DNA of 64,000 nucleotides, taken from Trypanosoma brucei. Taxonomy: Eukaryota. This document shows, piece by piece, positions 33,310 through 43,352 of this stretch; positions within the stretch are counted from its first letter, which is position 1, and every line of letters starts with the position of its first letter. The stretch lies in assembly GCA_000002445.1 (NCBI GenBank), contig CP000067.1:1248001-1312000 (forward strand), read 5' to 3'. Below the pieces are notes generated by a model. The model was not told the origin of the DNA. It saw nothing but the letters and a program-made list of their open reading frames with translations, and made no database searches. The translations under genes and the position numbers were made by a program.

Positions 33310-36300
33310 TCAGCCGCCTTGAACGATCATGGACACTGTGCACGGTTGTCAGGCAGCTACGCATGGGTGCATGCGCCCGAATGATTATGCATTACATAAC
33401 ATTTCGGGTGACGTAGCCTCTGGTGCTGAAAAAGTTCCTGTCAAGGTGGTGAGCTTCACAAAGGAAAAGCAATAACACCACCTTACGTTTTGCTTTGCAT
33501 AAGCAAAGTGATCGATGCCCTCTCACCTACGAAATGATCAGCGGTATTAGAATGTATTTTCTATTGTACACAAGGAGATGCGTGCATGTACTCGCAACAG
33601 GTGGTACTGAAGAGCTCTCTCGAACACTGTGCGGGCAGGGGCGTTGGCCCTTTCGGAGCATTACTAAGCAAAAATAAAAATTTCATGTTAACGCTTGCAT
33701 GGAAAAATTGTTGCTTCTCGTCACCTGCTAAAAAGTCACTGACAACCACCTAGAGTTCATGCGCTGGAACTGGCACGTAGTGCCACTTGAAAGCGACATA
33801 ACACCATGGCTAACTAACGACACAACGGATCCTCAGCACCTGCAGAACCTCATTTTTGTCGTCCAATAGCATAAGGCCTAATTCTCGATCATGGCAACTG
33901 TCTATTCATTGAATCAGTAGCGAGAACGTTATGTTGGAGTCGCTTTTGGCGCCATATGCTTGGCGCTCGGAGACGTCATTCCGTACACATAGCGCCAGCA
34001 CTTCAGTATACTAAGAACTTCGGCATCTAAATTCCCCAGCCACCTTACGCGGTACCAACAAGGGAAGCAAGTGATATTATTGATCACCTCATCGTGCAGT
34101 ACTTGCATAAGGGAGAAAACACAGCTGTACCGACGCCTTGCGGAGTTTGTCCAGATAGTATCTGCCTTAGCGTACTTTGCTTTTTCGCCCCCCCCCCCAT
34201 GCGTAAATGTTACTACCGACTGACTGCCAGTAATACTGAGATGTCTAAACGCCAAATACCTTGGCCGCATAACCGGTGATCTCTACTTGCCGATCACCCG
34301 TTAGCAGCGTACAGACATAACCAAATCCTGACACTAGTAATGAGCCGCTCCGCGGGTTGCCAACAGCGCTTGTTTCATGTGTAGTGCCGCAAATTAATGT
34401 GCATATCACACTGTCAGGATTTTGCTGAAACAGGATTTTATGATGCATCACAGCTCTTCTTTCTTTTTAAAAAAAAAACTCAAAAGCCGATGTTTCCTAC
34501 ACATTGCAAGCACGCAAGTTCGCTATGGTTACACCCCATTTCTCTTATTCACACGAAGCGCTGTTAGACACCTAATACGCTGCAACGAGGGTGCCTCAAC
34601 TATTAGCTGAACTCAGAAGGGAGAACACATTCACCGTAGGTTCGTTATGCGGTATAAGAGCCTATGTGATCATAAAAAAAATGAAACGAAGGACAACTGG
34701 CTAGCATGTAAGTTAGGTGCAATAAATAAATAAGTTACTGAATTAGAGACGGTAATGGTGACCATCATTTTATGTGTGGAAAACCAACACGTCGTTGACA
34801 CAGAAGAAACAAAACGTCTAGAATCCTGTATTCCATCTTTACCAAGTAAAGTAATTAAAAAAAGAGACACCAGCTCTCCTCTTTTTTTGTGAGAGATGCG
34901 TTCAAAGGATACGTACCCCTAAATGGGGTTAAGTTAGTAAGGGAATATGTAGTAGTTACAAAGCCATCGAAGACGGTGCACAACAGTTGCTTTCGGTCAA
35001 CAAGGCACTCATATAAAGAAAACACATGTTTCATCGTGCTCTGGAGTTTGCAGCCACAACAGAATCAGTTTGGGAACAGAATACCAATAACTTGGTTGAC
35101 ACACACGCAAAAAATCATTTTGTGGCACAAAACTTAAAAATAAATCAGAGACCCGTTCATAAATACACCCGTGTGCACACACAAGCACATGAGTTCGAAG
35201 TTATTGGGGGAACATGTTGCATTTGGTGGGTGCTGAAATGAGTTGTGGTTCGCCAACAAACCACAGCTTTTACCTCGTCCTGAAATATCTTCAGTCAGCT
35301 AACATTGCACAGCCGTTTTTTTACACGTGATCGTCTTGGGGGGAGGGAGTGCAAAGCACCAAATCTCACCATAATGAGAGGTGGAATAGGAACGCGAGCA
35401 ACAGATCACTCGTAGGAAACACTACGACAGCAATAACGGATCACTCCAGCGCAAAAAAGCGCAGCTGACAGTAAGCAGCACGTACACTCCGGTGACCCCT
35501 CCCCCCCCCCCCCAAGGATGTCCCAGTCTCACTCCACTCTTTTTGGCAGAAGAAACCCGCACCATCCCAACTGCTTCAAAAAAAAGTTCCCTGCGAAATC
35601 CATTTGCGTCACTGTCAGAACCTTAAAATGTGTCTTCTGTTGACATCTCCAACTGCGTGTCCGAGCGTGTAGCTACTTAACAGACTAATCAGGGTACACG
35701 AACCCGCTGCACAGGAAGAAGAGTATACTTTCTCCTATACTCACCTTTGCAACCGGTACATCACTAGCATTTGCTACCTCTATAATTACTCCACATGAAA
35801 CAAAAATAAATATGCACCTAAGATAATCAAAAACTATTCCTTTGGTACCGCCCCCTCCAGGAACTCGTTCGACACCTGCGGCAACCAAATAAAATACTTT
35901 TCGCCTCCCGCAACTCCAGTTACCTTAACGCGACACCAGGCTAGAGAATCTTGCTGAGACAGTGGAAGCCGTAGGACTGTATACCAGTGCGCTAAGACAG
36001 GATAGTAGTGAAAAGTTCACGCCATCAAGGCACCCTGGAACCAGCAGCTGAATCACTCCCGGACAGATGTCACCGCAAGAAACCTCCAGTACCTGCGGCC
36101 GCACTTTCAACAATATCAGCGTACTCCGACATGTTCCAATGCACCACTCCTACTATTGCCATCTCGAAAGAAGTTTTAAGAGACCCAAGAATCGAGCATC
36201 AAAATCACAGCATAACTCAAGTCAACCAGTAGAGAATCTGGTTTCTGCCCCGGGGCCATGACTGCCGATAGGCTGCCAAAGGTTCAATCACCGCCGTGTC

Positions 36301-37556
36301 GTCGCCATCTCCTTCATTGACTGTTCCGAGAAATTGGCCACGACTGTACACGGCAGCTTTTTGCAGGAAATACGTAAACTTGGCATACAAAGCCCATTCG
36401 TCCACTGCATGGCAACGCTCCTGGCTGAACGTGCCCAGCGGCCTCGCTTACAAAGATCAGTCTCCCGACGAGGACACTTCATCTGAGACTAAGCACCAGG
36501 CGCATCAGTCGACCCTTTATTCTTAACAATTGTATTGAACCCCTTCCCCCCTGTGAAGCATGACACAACGCAGGCTCCAACCCCATCATGGTTTCTTCGT
36601 AGGCGACCAAATGATGAGGAACTAAGATGCTGGAGGCTCTGCTGAGGGAAGCAGACACTACGAATATGTCAGGGGCCAGCTGATACTTCGGCCCCCTTGC
36701 CGCACGAAAAGCATGGTCTAAAGTGTTAAGATGACATTTTATGGGTACCGTGGCACTGACACTCGATGATGCCAACATCGAAGCGAGCCCTTCCTCCATT
36801 AGTAAAAATACTGGTGATCTGCAGCCAGTACCGCCTTCTCACAAACACGGATCGAGCGGTGGAGAATAATAACTGACATGGACACACTCTCCATTACGCC
36901 GAGAATATATCAGAGAAAATATGTACATATACGGATGCACAAGCGCAGCATACGGGTATATGATATCACGTGATGATGCAGAACTTTCAAAGGATCAACA
37001 GCGTACACCACACACTATAGAGAGAGATAGTCATGCCCTTCTGATCTTTTCTTTTTTCACCCAATCTATCATTCCACATCATTTCTCCCATTAGAACACG
37101 ATGGTATGGAGTAATAATGTGAGGTGAAGCACAAACATATGATGTGAGAAGGAGAGGTGTGACTGTAGTGTTCCATCCGAAGGAAGAGTTAACAAATAAC
37201 ATATACAGTAGCGACACTTCCCATACTGTGCACATAACACAGCATGGTATATTAGTATGCACAGGGGAAAACTATGTCGATATATAACGCACCTTTAGCC
37301 ACCGTACGGGGTGCAGTATCGTGATTGGGCCGTTCCTGAAAGCTAAAAATCCTATGGCGAACTGGAGCGCTCCGTGCAGGCAAAGTAGCTCCCTAAAAGT
37401 CCTCCGCGCACTGACCAGGTCGGTACGGACAAATTCCGTTGCAGAGGAGCGGAGAACCCCCCAGGAAATGTGGAACCTAGACTTCAAGACCAAGCGTCAC
37501 GACACCTCTATTCCGCCAGAGCCTGTGTTCGGTCGCCTCCGACCAAAGAATGGATC

Positions 37557-38066
37557 CTAAGACGACGGTGGAAACAACGCAACCCTACGAAGCGAGAGGC
37601 GTAAGAACCACTGACTAGCAAAACGACAATGCAGCGCAACTCCGATGAAGTGAAGCATGCTCCGGTCGGGAACCACCGGAAACTCGCAAACGACGATCTG
37701 GTTAGTCGAAAGGGGTCCAGTGTGCGCGCAGGACTCCGCACAACCGCACCCACCTCCCTTGGATAGCCCGGCGCAGTTCCACTGCATCCCGCGCAACGAC
37801 GGGCCGGGATTCTCTTCCACATCACCGGACAGCAGCATCTTAGTGCGTATGATACTGCTGATGGCACGCTGGCACGTGCCCAGGGACCGACAAATGAAAA
37901 GCGGTGTCCCAGCAAGACACTGCTGATCCCTGTGCCGTATGATGCCGTAGCCGGAGCAAAGCAGTGTTCCCCATGAAAGGAACGCTGTTGGCTCTTGGCT
38001 TCCCCCGATGATACGGGGTACTGGACCCTGGCACCACGTTGAGGTGGCCGGCATCGCCAGGGTCCC
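37557..38066 (-). mobile_element. 5' portion of a degenerate ingi/RIME-like (DIRE-type) non-LTR retrotransposon encoding a 2A-like self-cleaving peptide. Frameshifted and degenerate downstream; full extent uncertain (possibly to ~37.0 kb or further).
   Basis: The ORF encodes ...AISSIIRTKMLLSGDVEENPGP (nt 37800..37859), then SLRGMQWNCAGL, an AP-endonuclease-like start. The 2A motif D(V/I)ExNPGP is a hallmark of trypanosome L1Tc/ingi elements. From memory the T. brucei ingi/TSR1 2A is SSIIRTKMLVSGDVEENPGP. Three overlapping frames (37508..37915, 37557..38054, 37840..38124) suggest frameshift decay. The sense strand starts near 38062 with CCCTGGCGATGCCGGCCACCTCAACGTGGTGCCAGGGTCC. Confidence 0.7.
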
Positions 38067-39116
38067 TACACGTGAAAAACAGCTGCCAAGGTGGCCTGAC
38101 CGCTGGAAACCAATCTAGCACCAATTGTTGCCCTGAGATAAAAGAGGAGAAGCACTGAGAGCTTGGGAAACGGCCGGAGTGTCGTTGCTAACGTCTTCTC
38201 CCCTCTGCGGTCTCAGAAGTCACTTCACACAGGCCGCGTCTTTTGCAGAAGCGCCGCATCTCCGGGGCGCCACTTTTTGAGCTTCACTGCTGACACGTTA
38301 CGGTTGTTTTTACTACGAACAAAGATGAGGAGAGATTCAGCTACTCAGGAAGCTTCTAGACGCACCAAAGTTTCGGGTTTTGAGCCCACCAGCATAGGCA
38401 AACGTGCCCAAGCTAATGTGGTTGAAATGTCTCTTTACTAAATAGTGTCCATCCGTTCCTGAAGAGTGTGTGCAGACAACGTGCGGTGGAAGGCGAGTCT
38501 CCTAATGAGACCGTGTTGGGGAAAAGGTCAGGAAAGTTCTTCCATACAATTAGTGGAGTCCATGCCGCAGCGGTCACCTTTTTTACAAAAGAAGGATGCG
38601 CTCACTTAAAAGAAAGATACCACTCAAAGGGTTTCAGCGTATGAGAATGGACAAAGTGGTCTATTATAGCTTTTTTTTGTTGAAAGCCTGCATTACGAAT
38701 GGTTTTGGGCTTAGGAATGCAGAGTATTTTTTTGTACGGTTATCTTTGTATAAACACACTGTCCTCCCGTTTATGTACACAGCTGTTTGCAAGAGGGTGA
38801 AAATTTTAGAAAGCTCACCCAACCAAACCCAACCCTCTACGCCCCGCACGGGAGGTGAGTAAACTGCGCTTTCAGACACTTCCATATCGTTAGTAAATTA
38901 TCGTTTCAATTCATATTTGTGTAGGATGATGAGGAACGCTTACTGTTTCTTCAGCATGATAATTATTTCGTATATCTTTCTTGTCCGTAGTAAAAAGGGA
39001 AGGTAAGAACTAAACTATTCTTGGTGGAATGAGGGGGGAATTTAGTTGACATCTTCCCCCGCCACACCGTTACTTTTGCCATCCGAAGGTTCTTAAAACC
39101 TTGTCTCAGCACTCGT

Positions 39117-39136
39117 CAGCCACGACGTCGTGGCTG
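39117..39136. repeat. Perfect 20-bp palindrome cagccacgacgtcgtggctg
   Basis: Read directly. The two halves are exact reverse complements (centre gacgtc). It lies 165 bp downstream of the tRNA-like gene. Confidence 0.9.
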
Positions 39137-39280
39137 CCGCCATGATACGGTTACTTTCGGTGGTTTCATCCACATCGATGTATTTCGTGCACTTTGTAGT
39201 GCAGTCGCACTTTTTCCCCCCTTTAAATTAGGCGAAAACAAAACGCAGCGGTGCTTGTTGACAGTATTTTTTCAAGCCTG

Positions 39281-39284
39281 TCAG
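39281..39284 (-). terminator. Candidate Pol III terminator (T4 on the minus strand) for the tRNA-like gene
   Basis: Plus-strand aaaa gives TTTT on the minus strand, ~18 nt past the 3' end of the tRNA-like gene. Confidence 0.35.
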
Positions 39285-39301
39285 CCAGAAGAAAAGAAAG
39301 A

Positions 39302-39374
39302 CGCGCAGTCCGGGAATCGAACCCGGGGCTCCCGCTAATTGAGTGCGAGTGACTTTCCACTAGACTAACCGCGC
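39302..39374 (-). tRNA. Aberrant tRNA or tRNA-like gene (73 nt). Apparent anticodon CAA but a short variable arm, so incompatible with tRNA-Leu. The D-stem cannot pair. Possibly a pseudogene or tRNA-like RNA.
   Basis: Reverse complement is GCGCGGT-TA-GTCTAGTGGAAAGTCA-C-TCGCA-CTCAATT-AGCGG-GAGCC-CCGGG-TTCGATT-CCCGG-ACTGCGC-G. The acceptor stem has 7 bp (one G.U). The T-arm CCGGG/TTCGATT/CCCGG is canonical and identical to the tRNA-Glu-type T-arm I recall. The D-stem has 3 of 4 mismatches and the anticodon stem has A31.A39. Confidence 0.65.
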
Positions 39375-39428
39375 CACCTGAGCGTTTGGTGTTCAAAATT
39401 TATTGCAACGTGCAGCGTCCGAAGAACG

Positions 39429-39433
39429 GGAAA
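39429..39433 (-). terminator. Candidate Pol III terminator (T5 on the minus strand) for tRNA-Val
   Basis: Plus-strand aaaaa gives TTTTT on the minus strand, starting 3 nt past the tRNA 3' end. Confidence 0.4.
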
Positions 39434-39435
39434 TA

Positions 39436-39508
39436 TAAAAAGGCTACGACGGGCGGGGATCGAACCCGCGATCTCTCGCGTGTGAGGCGAATGTCCTAAC
39501 CACTAGAC
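39436..39508 (-). tRNA. tRNA-Val (anticodon CAC)
   Basis: Reverse complement is GCGATGG-TC-GTCT-AGTGGTTA-GGAC-A-TTCGC-CTCACAC-GCGAG-AGATC-GCGGG-TTCGATC-CCCGC-CCGTCGT-A. All four arms pair (acceptor with two G.U). Anticodon loop CTCACAC has U33 and anticodon CAC. The D-loop AGTGGTTA and T-loop TTCGATC are canonical. Confidence 0.9.
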
Positions 39509-41621
39509 GACCATCGCACGGTAAGCATTCCTCAGGGGTAGCTCATAGAAATGATTGTTGAACCGACCGGATCAAGGAACTTGCGGGTGTTGCGGACGAA
39601 TGGCTGTTAAGAGGCAAACCTGTTGGTTTGGAGGACTTTGGGGCGCACCCGGGTGGAGATGTTTCAGATGCGGAAGGGTTGGAAGAGTTGGAAGGGAGAT
39701 GCGAATCCACCACCTTACGCGAAGTGGGAGGCACGAAAAGGAAGCACGGCAACTGTAGCAAAAGCAACGTGAATGCCAGTGGTGTGTTTGCGTTGTTTCC
39801 GCGGCGCTGGAAAGAGTGCAAAGACCGGGAAAATAGAGTTGCGGTTCATATAAAACCGTATGCGTGCAATGCCCGGTGGTGAAGCAGGATTTAAGCAAAA
39901 AAAAAAAGAGATAAATACGCGGGGGGGGGGAAGTTTACGAGTTCAACATGTGAAAGGTGTTTCGTAGCAGGGGCTTTGATAATGCACATCAACCTCGTGA
40001 GTATGCACGGCCCCGTGGCACCGCTAAAGGGACTACGAGCAGTGGAGGGAAAGTGGGGTTAGCCATAGCCGCGCCGGTGTTGAGACCAAAATAAAAAAAG
40101 GGATGACGTGGAGGTAACAGTTAAGGAAGGAGAGGATAGAGAGAACAGGGTGGGGTTGGAATAAAATGTTCCTAGTAAACTTTTGATGTTCACGGGGCAC
40201 GTGGGACTCCAGAGAGTAAGGAGAGGTGCGCACTTAAGGCACACACAAGAAAAATGCATACTGAATCCGATTGCGCGCTCCGAGGGGTTTCCTGACGCTT
40301 TTATAAGGAAGTGGAAAGTGTGAAGTGAAACCCACCATTGCCCCATACTGCGGCTAAACGTAAGCGAGGCGAGTTGGTCTAAAAGGTTTAGTAGGAAGGA
40401 TACACGGCGATGGAAAGAAGGACGTTTACAACAAATTGAAGTTGGGCATCCAAGGATTGCTGAGCCACTTGCCCGAATGCACTGCCCTGAAGAATCTGAA
40501 GATGAAACATGAACTAATAGGCTTGATGGGGAAAGCGCCTCGCGGGGAGGCAAAATTGGCGGGGTTCCTTTCCGTTTGACTCGGAAAGGGAGGGTACCGG
40601 TGCTCAATGGTTGGGAAATGGCTCCGATCAGTGATGCGGAAGGAAGAGAACAAACAAATCAAGAATAGGGGCGCCCGAAACAAATCCACCACCGGAGACG
40701 TCGGATTGAGGAGTGTGTGTGTGTGTGGGGGGGGAAGGGGAGCAGCGGTGGAAGGACGATCTCTGCAAAGCACGGCGTAGACACAAATTGATTGTAGTTC
40801 ACTAATTCCCTCGTGGTCTGCTTTCGCCCATTCTCCATAGTGATGCATGAGTTCCCGCTGCGACTGTCAATGACGGGCTGCCCATCAACGGGCTGTTTCC
40901 ATTCAAAGAGGCAGGCAGCGCTGCGTGCGATTTCCATTCCCACGTGTTAGAAAAATCCACCGACAGTACAGGGTGACTTTTAGCTTGACTCAGCTCCGCA
41001 ACGCAAAGAGGAAAGGCAGCTTTTTTTTTTTTTTAAAAAAAAGAGATCTTGGGGCTGATCACGCACAAACGCCGATGTAAGAAACGTTGGCTTTTGTCTC
41101 ATTGTTGACTCGTCTTTCATGACACATTGGCCTGGGTCCCAGGCGCGAGGGAAGGAACCGCAACAGTTTAGCGGGGCTCAGTGTGGGTGATGTGGGTGCA
41201 AGCCGACTGAGCTCAGTTAATCGTCCCAATGATAATGCGGTGCAACTTTTTTGCCATAGTGTGTGTGCGTGTGTGTGTGTGCCCGAAAACCCTCCGCTAA
41301 CAACTCAGCTTTAGCGGTGGTTACATACATCGACGCAATTCATGCACCCCCGTTTGTCTCGGGCGTGTGGGTAACCATCGCTTCACCTATGTGGTGTAGA
41401 GAGCTGTGAAATTCAAGGAGAAAAAAACAGCATGTAAAAAGCAAAAACTCTGCTTACGTGTGTTGCTTGTGCTTCATCGGAAGGGGACACTCCGCGTAAG
41501 TTACAATAATTAGGTTAAACGCCCCTCGTACGGCACTCCAACTGCATTAGGTTCCATTTCCCCCTCCCCCCCCCCACACACACCCACTCTCCCCTCTGTG
41601 CGATCCGGGCCAGAAAATTCC

Positions 41622-43160
41622 TCAGCTGAAGGCAGCGGACTTTAGGGTCTGCACTTCAGTTTCTGCTGTCTTTATAATCGTCGGCGCTACCTTTCGGCGG
41701 GCCATCTCCATGCAGAGGGGCCGATGTGACTTGTAATCTTCTCGTTGACATGCCACACCACAATAAGATACGGTGCGGCAAGCGGCGCACTTCAGCACTT
41801 CTTTTACATTTCCCGGGCAACACGGATTGTGGCATTTCGGGGTAACCCCATTTTCATTTGGCGGCGTCTTACTGTGCACCGCAAGGTGATATTGAGGCTC
41901 GCTCAGGAAGGCGAATGTGGTGATGATGTACTCCTTAAGTGTGTGCAGATGCTGTGTCACACTACCTTTCCCGAGGCGTGTGTATATGTTGTCGGCGGTG
42001 GTGAGTGCGCGGTCCAGCACCGGAAGTTGTTCGCTTGCGCAGGCCATATTTTTCACTTCCCGTCGCACCACATGCAATGCGAGGGCGACGCTTGCAACAT
42101 GGGATGGAAGATCAGTATGCAGGTTTATTGACCCCGTCATGATCGCCTTCACGTGGCGGAATGCGTCGAACAGTGCTACTCTCGCTGCAAAAAGGGACCC
42201 ATTTTGAACCCTACGCACCGGCTTGTCGAGGAAAGGATTGCGGTAATCCAGTCGCTGGAGCAAATCCTCCACCAACTTACATGCAAACGCATCATCCTCC
42301 TTTACTGCCATCATAAGCAAACAGTCAATGACTTTCATTTTCTCAATGTCCTTTATAAACAACGTGTACGTGCTACGGAACTTCACGTAACATGGACAAC
42401 GGTCACAACAGACATATGTCCCAGTTCCATTCGCATTGGCACCCTGGAACATGCTATACACACCAACGCACGGGCTAAAGCAAAAGAACAGCGCCCTTAG
42501 CGAATCCATCAACGCACCAAAGATCTCCAAGTTGTCGAGCGAGGTCCTCAAACCATTTATTAAGCTGAGGGTGGTTTTCATAGCCTCTTCTGCATTGGAG
42601 GTGCTAAATTTGGTTGGAGTATTTCTGGGTTCCCCAATATCCAGTATGAATTCCTTAATGTTTCCGAGGGCTTCTACCTTCGAATTCACGTCCCATTGCG
42701 GGTACTTGGAAACAAGCCGGATAGCCTCAAAAACACGACGGGCGATGTCACAGAATGAATCCATACCCTTGGGAAACCGCGGCCATTCTTCCTCATCCTT
42801 CGCCGCCGTCGCGTTGTAGAACTCATAGCAAGCCTCTCCCAAAAAAGGGTCCTTATGGAGTACGGCGAATGCCATGAAGTCATTAAGCAGGCGAAGTGCC
42901 GCAGGGAAGCGGTCCTCTGGTTGAAAACAGGCTCCAATGTAATCCACCAACCATCCGAGGTCGATGGATTGAAAGGGATATCGGAGTACGGTTGCATTGT
43001 TCATTGTGCTTTCCACCGCTTGTGCATTTGCCAAACGGGTCTCATTACTGGGCGTGGATGGGGAAGTTGTCATGGTCGGTTTGACTAACAGGCGCGCATT
43101 ATTTTCAAGAACGAGCGCAAGGGGAGAAAAGCAACGGGAGATGGATGAGGGACTCGTCAT
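41622..43160 (-). CDS. MYND-type zinc-finger protein (C-terminal zf-MYND). The N-terminal start may be an internal Met.
   Basis: C-terminus CHNPCCPGNVKEVLKCAACRTVSYCGVACQREDYKSHRPLC matches the C-x2-C...C-x2-C...YC-x3-CQ...H-x3-C MYND pattern. Confidence 0.7.
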   Translation of the reverse strand: MTSPSSISRCFSPLALVLENNARLLVKPTMTTSPSTPSNETRLANAQAVESTMNNATVLRYPFQSIDLGWLVDYIGACFQPEDRFPAALRLLNDFMAFAVLHKDPFLGEACYEFYNATAAKDEEEWPRFPKGMDSFCDIARRVFEAIRLVSKYPQWDVNSKVEALGNIKEFILDIGEPRNTPTKFSTSNAEEAMKTTLSLINGLRTSLDNLEIFGALMDSLRALFFCFSPCVGVYSMFQGANANGTGTYVCCDRCPCYVKFRSTYTLFIKDIEKMKVIDCLLMMAVKEDDAFACKLVEDLLQRLDYRNPFLDKPVRRVQNGSLFAARVALFDAFRHVKAIMTGSINLHTDLPSHVASVALALHVVRREVKNMACASEQLPVLDRALTTADNIYTRLGKGSVTQHLHTLKEYIITTFAFLSEPQYHLAVHSKTPPNENGVTPKCHNPCCPGNVKEVLKCAACRTVSYCGVACQREDYKSHRPLCMEMARRKVAPTIIKTAETEVQTLKSAAFS

Positions 43161-43243
43161 GAAGTGGAAGCGAAGGGGGGATTACAGGTTTCCAACAAGA
43201 TCAGTTGTTGCAGTTACCTGAATGTAGTTCCACGGTGCCAACA

Positions 43244-43283
43244 ACGGAAGGAAAAAAGAAAAAAGAAAAAAAGAAAAGAATAA
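43244..43283 (-). promoter_or_regulatory. Polypyrimidine tract (sense strand) between the Psf3 and MYND genes; candidate trans-splice/polyadenylation coupling signal
   Basis: Plus-strand ggaaggaaaaaagaaaaaagaaaaaaagaaaag is a long T/C tract on the coding strand, ~90-120 nt upstream of the MYND ORF. Confidence 0.45.
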
Positions 43284-43352
43284 TATATGGTACACCCCCC
43301 AAATCAGTGGGGCCACGCGATATAGTTGGTTGTCACTTGCCTCCGTTACGAT

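Noticed and set aside
36288-36482. Second MQWTNGL-containing small ORF, which could indicate a second retroelement copy or an AP-endonuclease remnant
   Set aside because: Only a 7-residue resemblance to the MQWNCAGL start downstream of the 2A peptide. No further endonuclease or RT motifs could be found among the surrounding ORFs, so it is too weak to call.
39523-39900. Possible snRNA or 7SL RNA gene on the plus strand ~100 bp from the 5' end of tRNA-Val. Trypanosome U6, U3 and 7SL genes use a divergent upstream tRNA as promoter. A GGUGAAGCAGG stretch near 39868 superficially recalls the SRP RNA helix-8 AGCAGG motif.
   Set aside because: No recognisable snRNA, 7SL, U6 or U2 sequence or convincing stem structure. 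The helix-8 resemblance lacks the rest of the motif and could not be verified without a covariance-model search (Infernal with Rfam would settle it).
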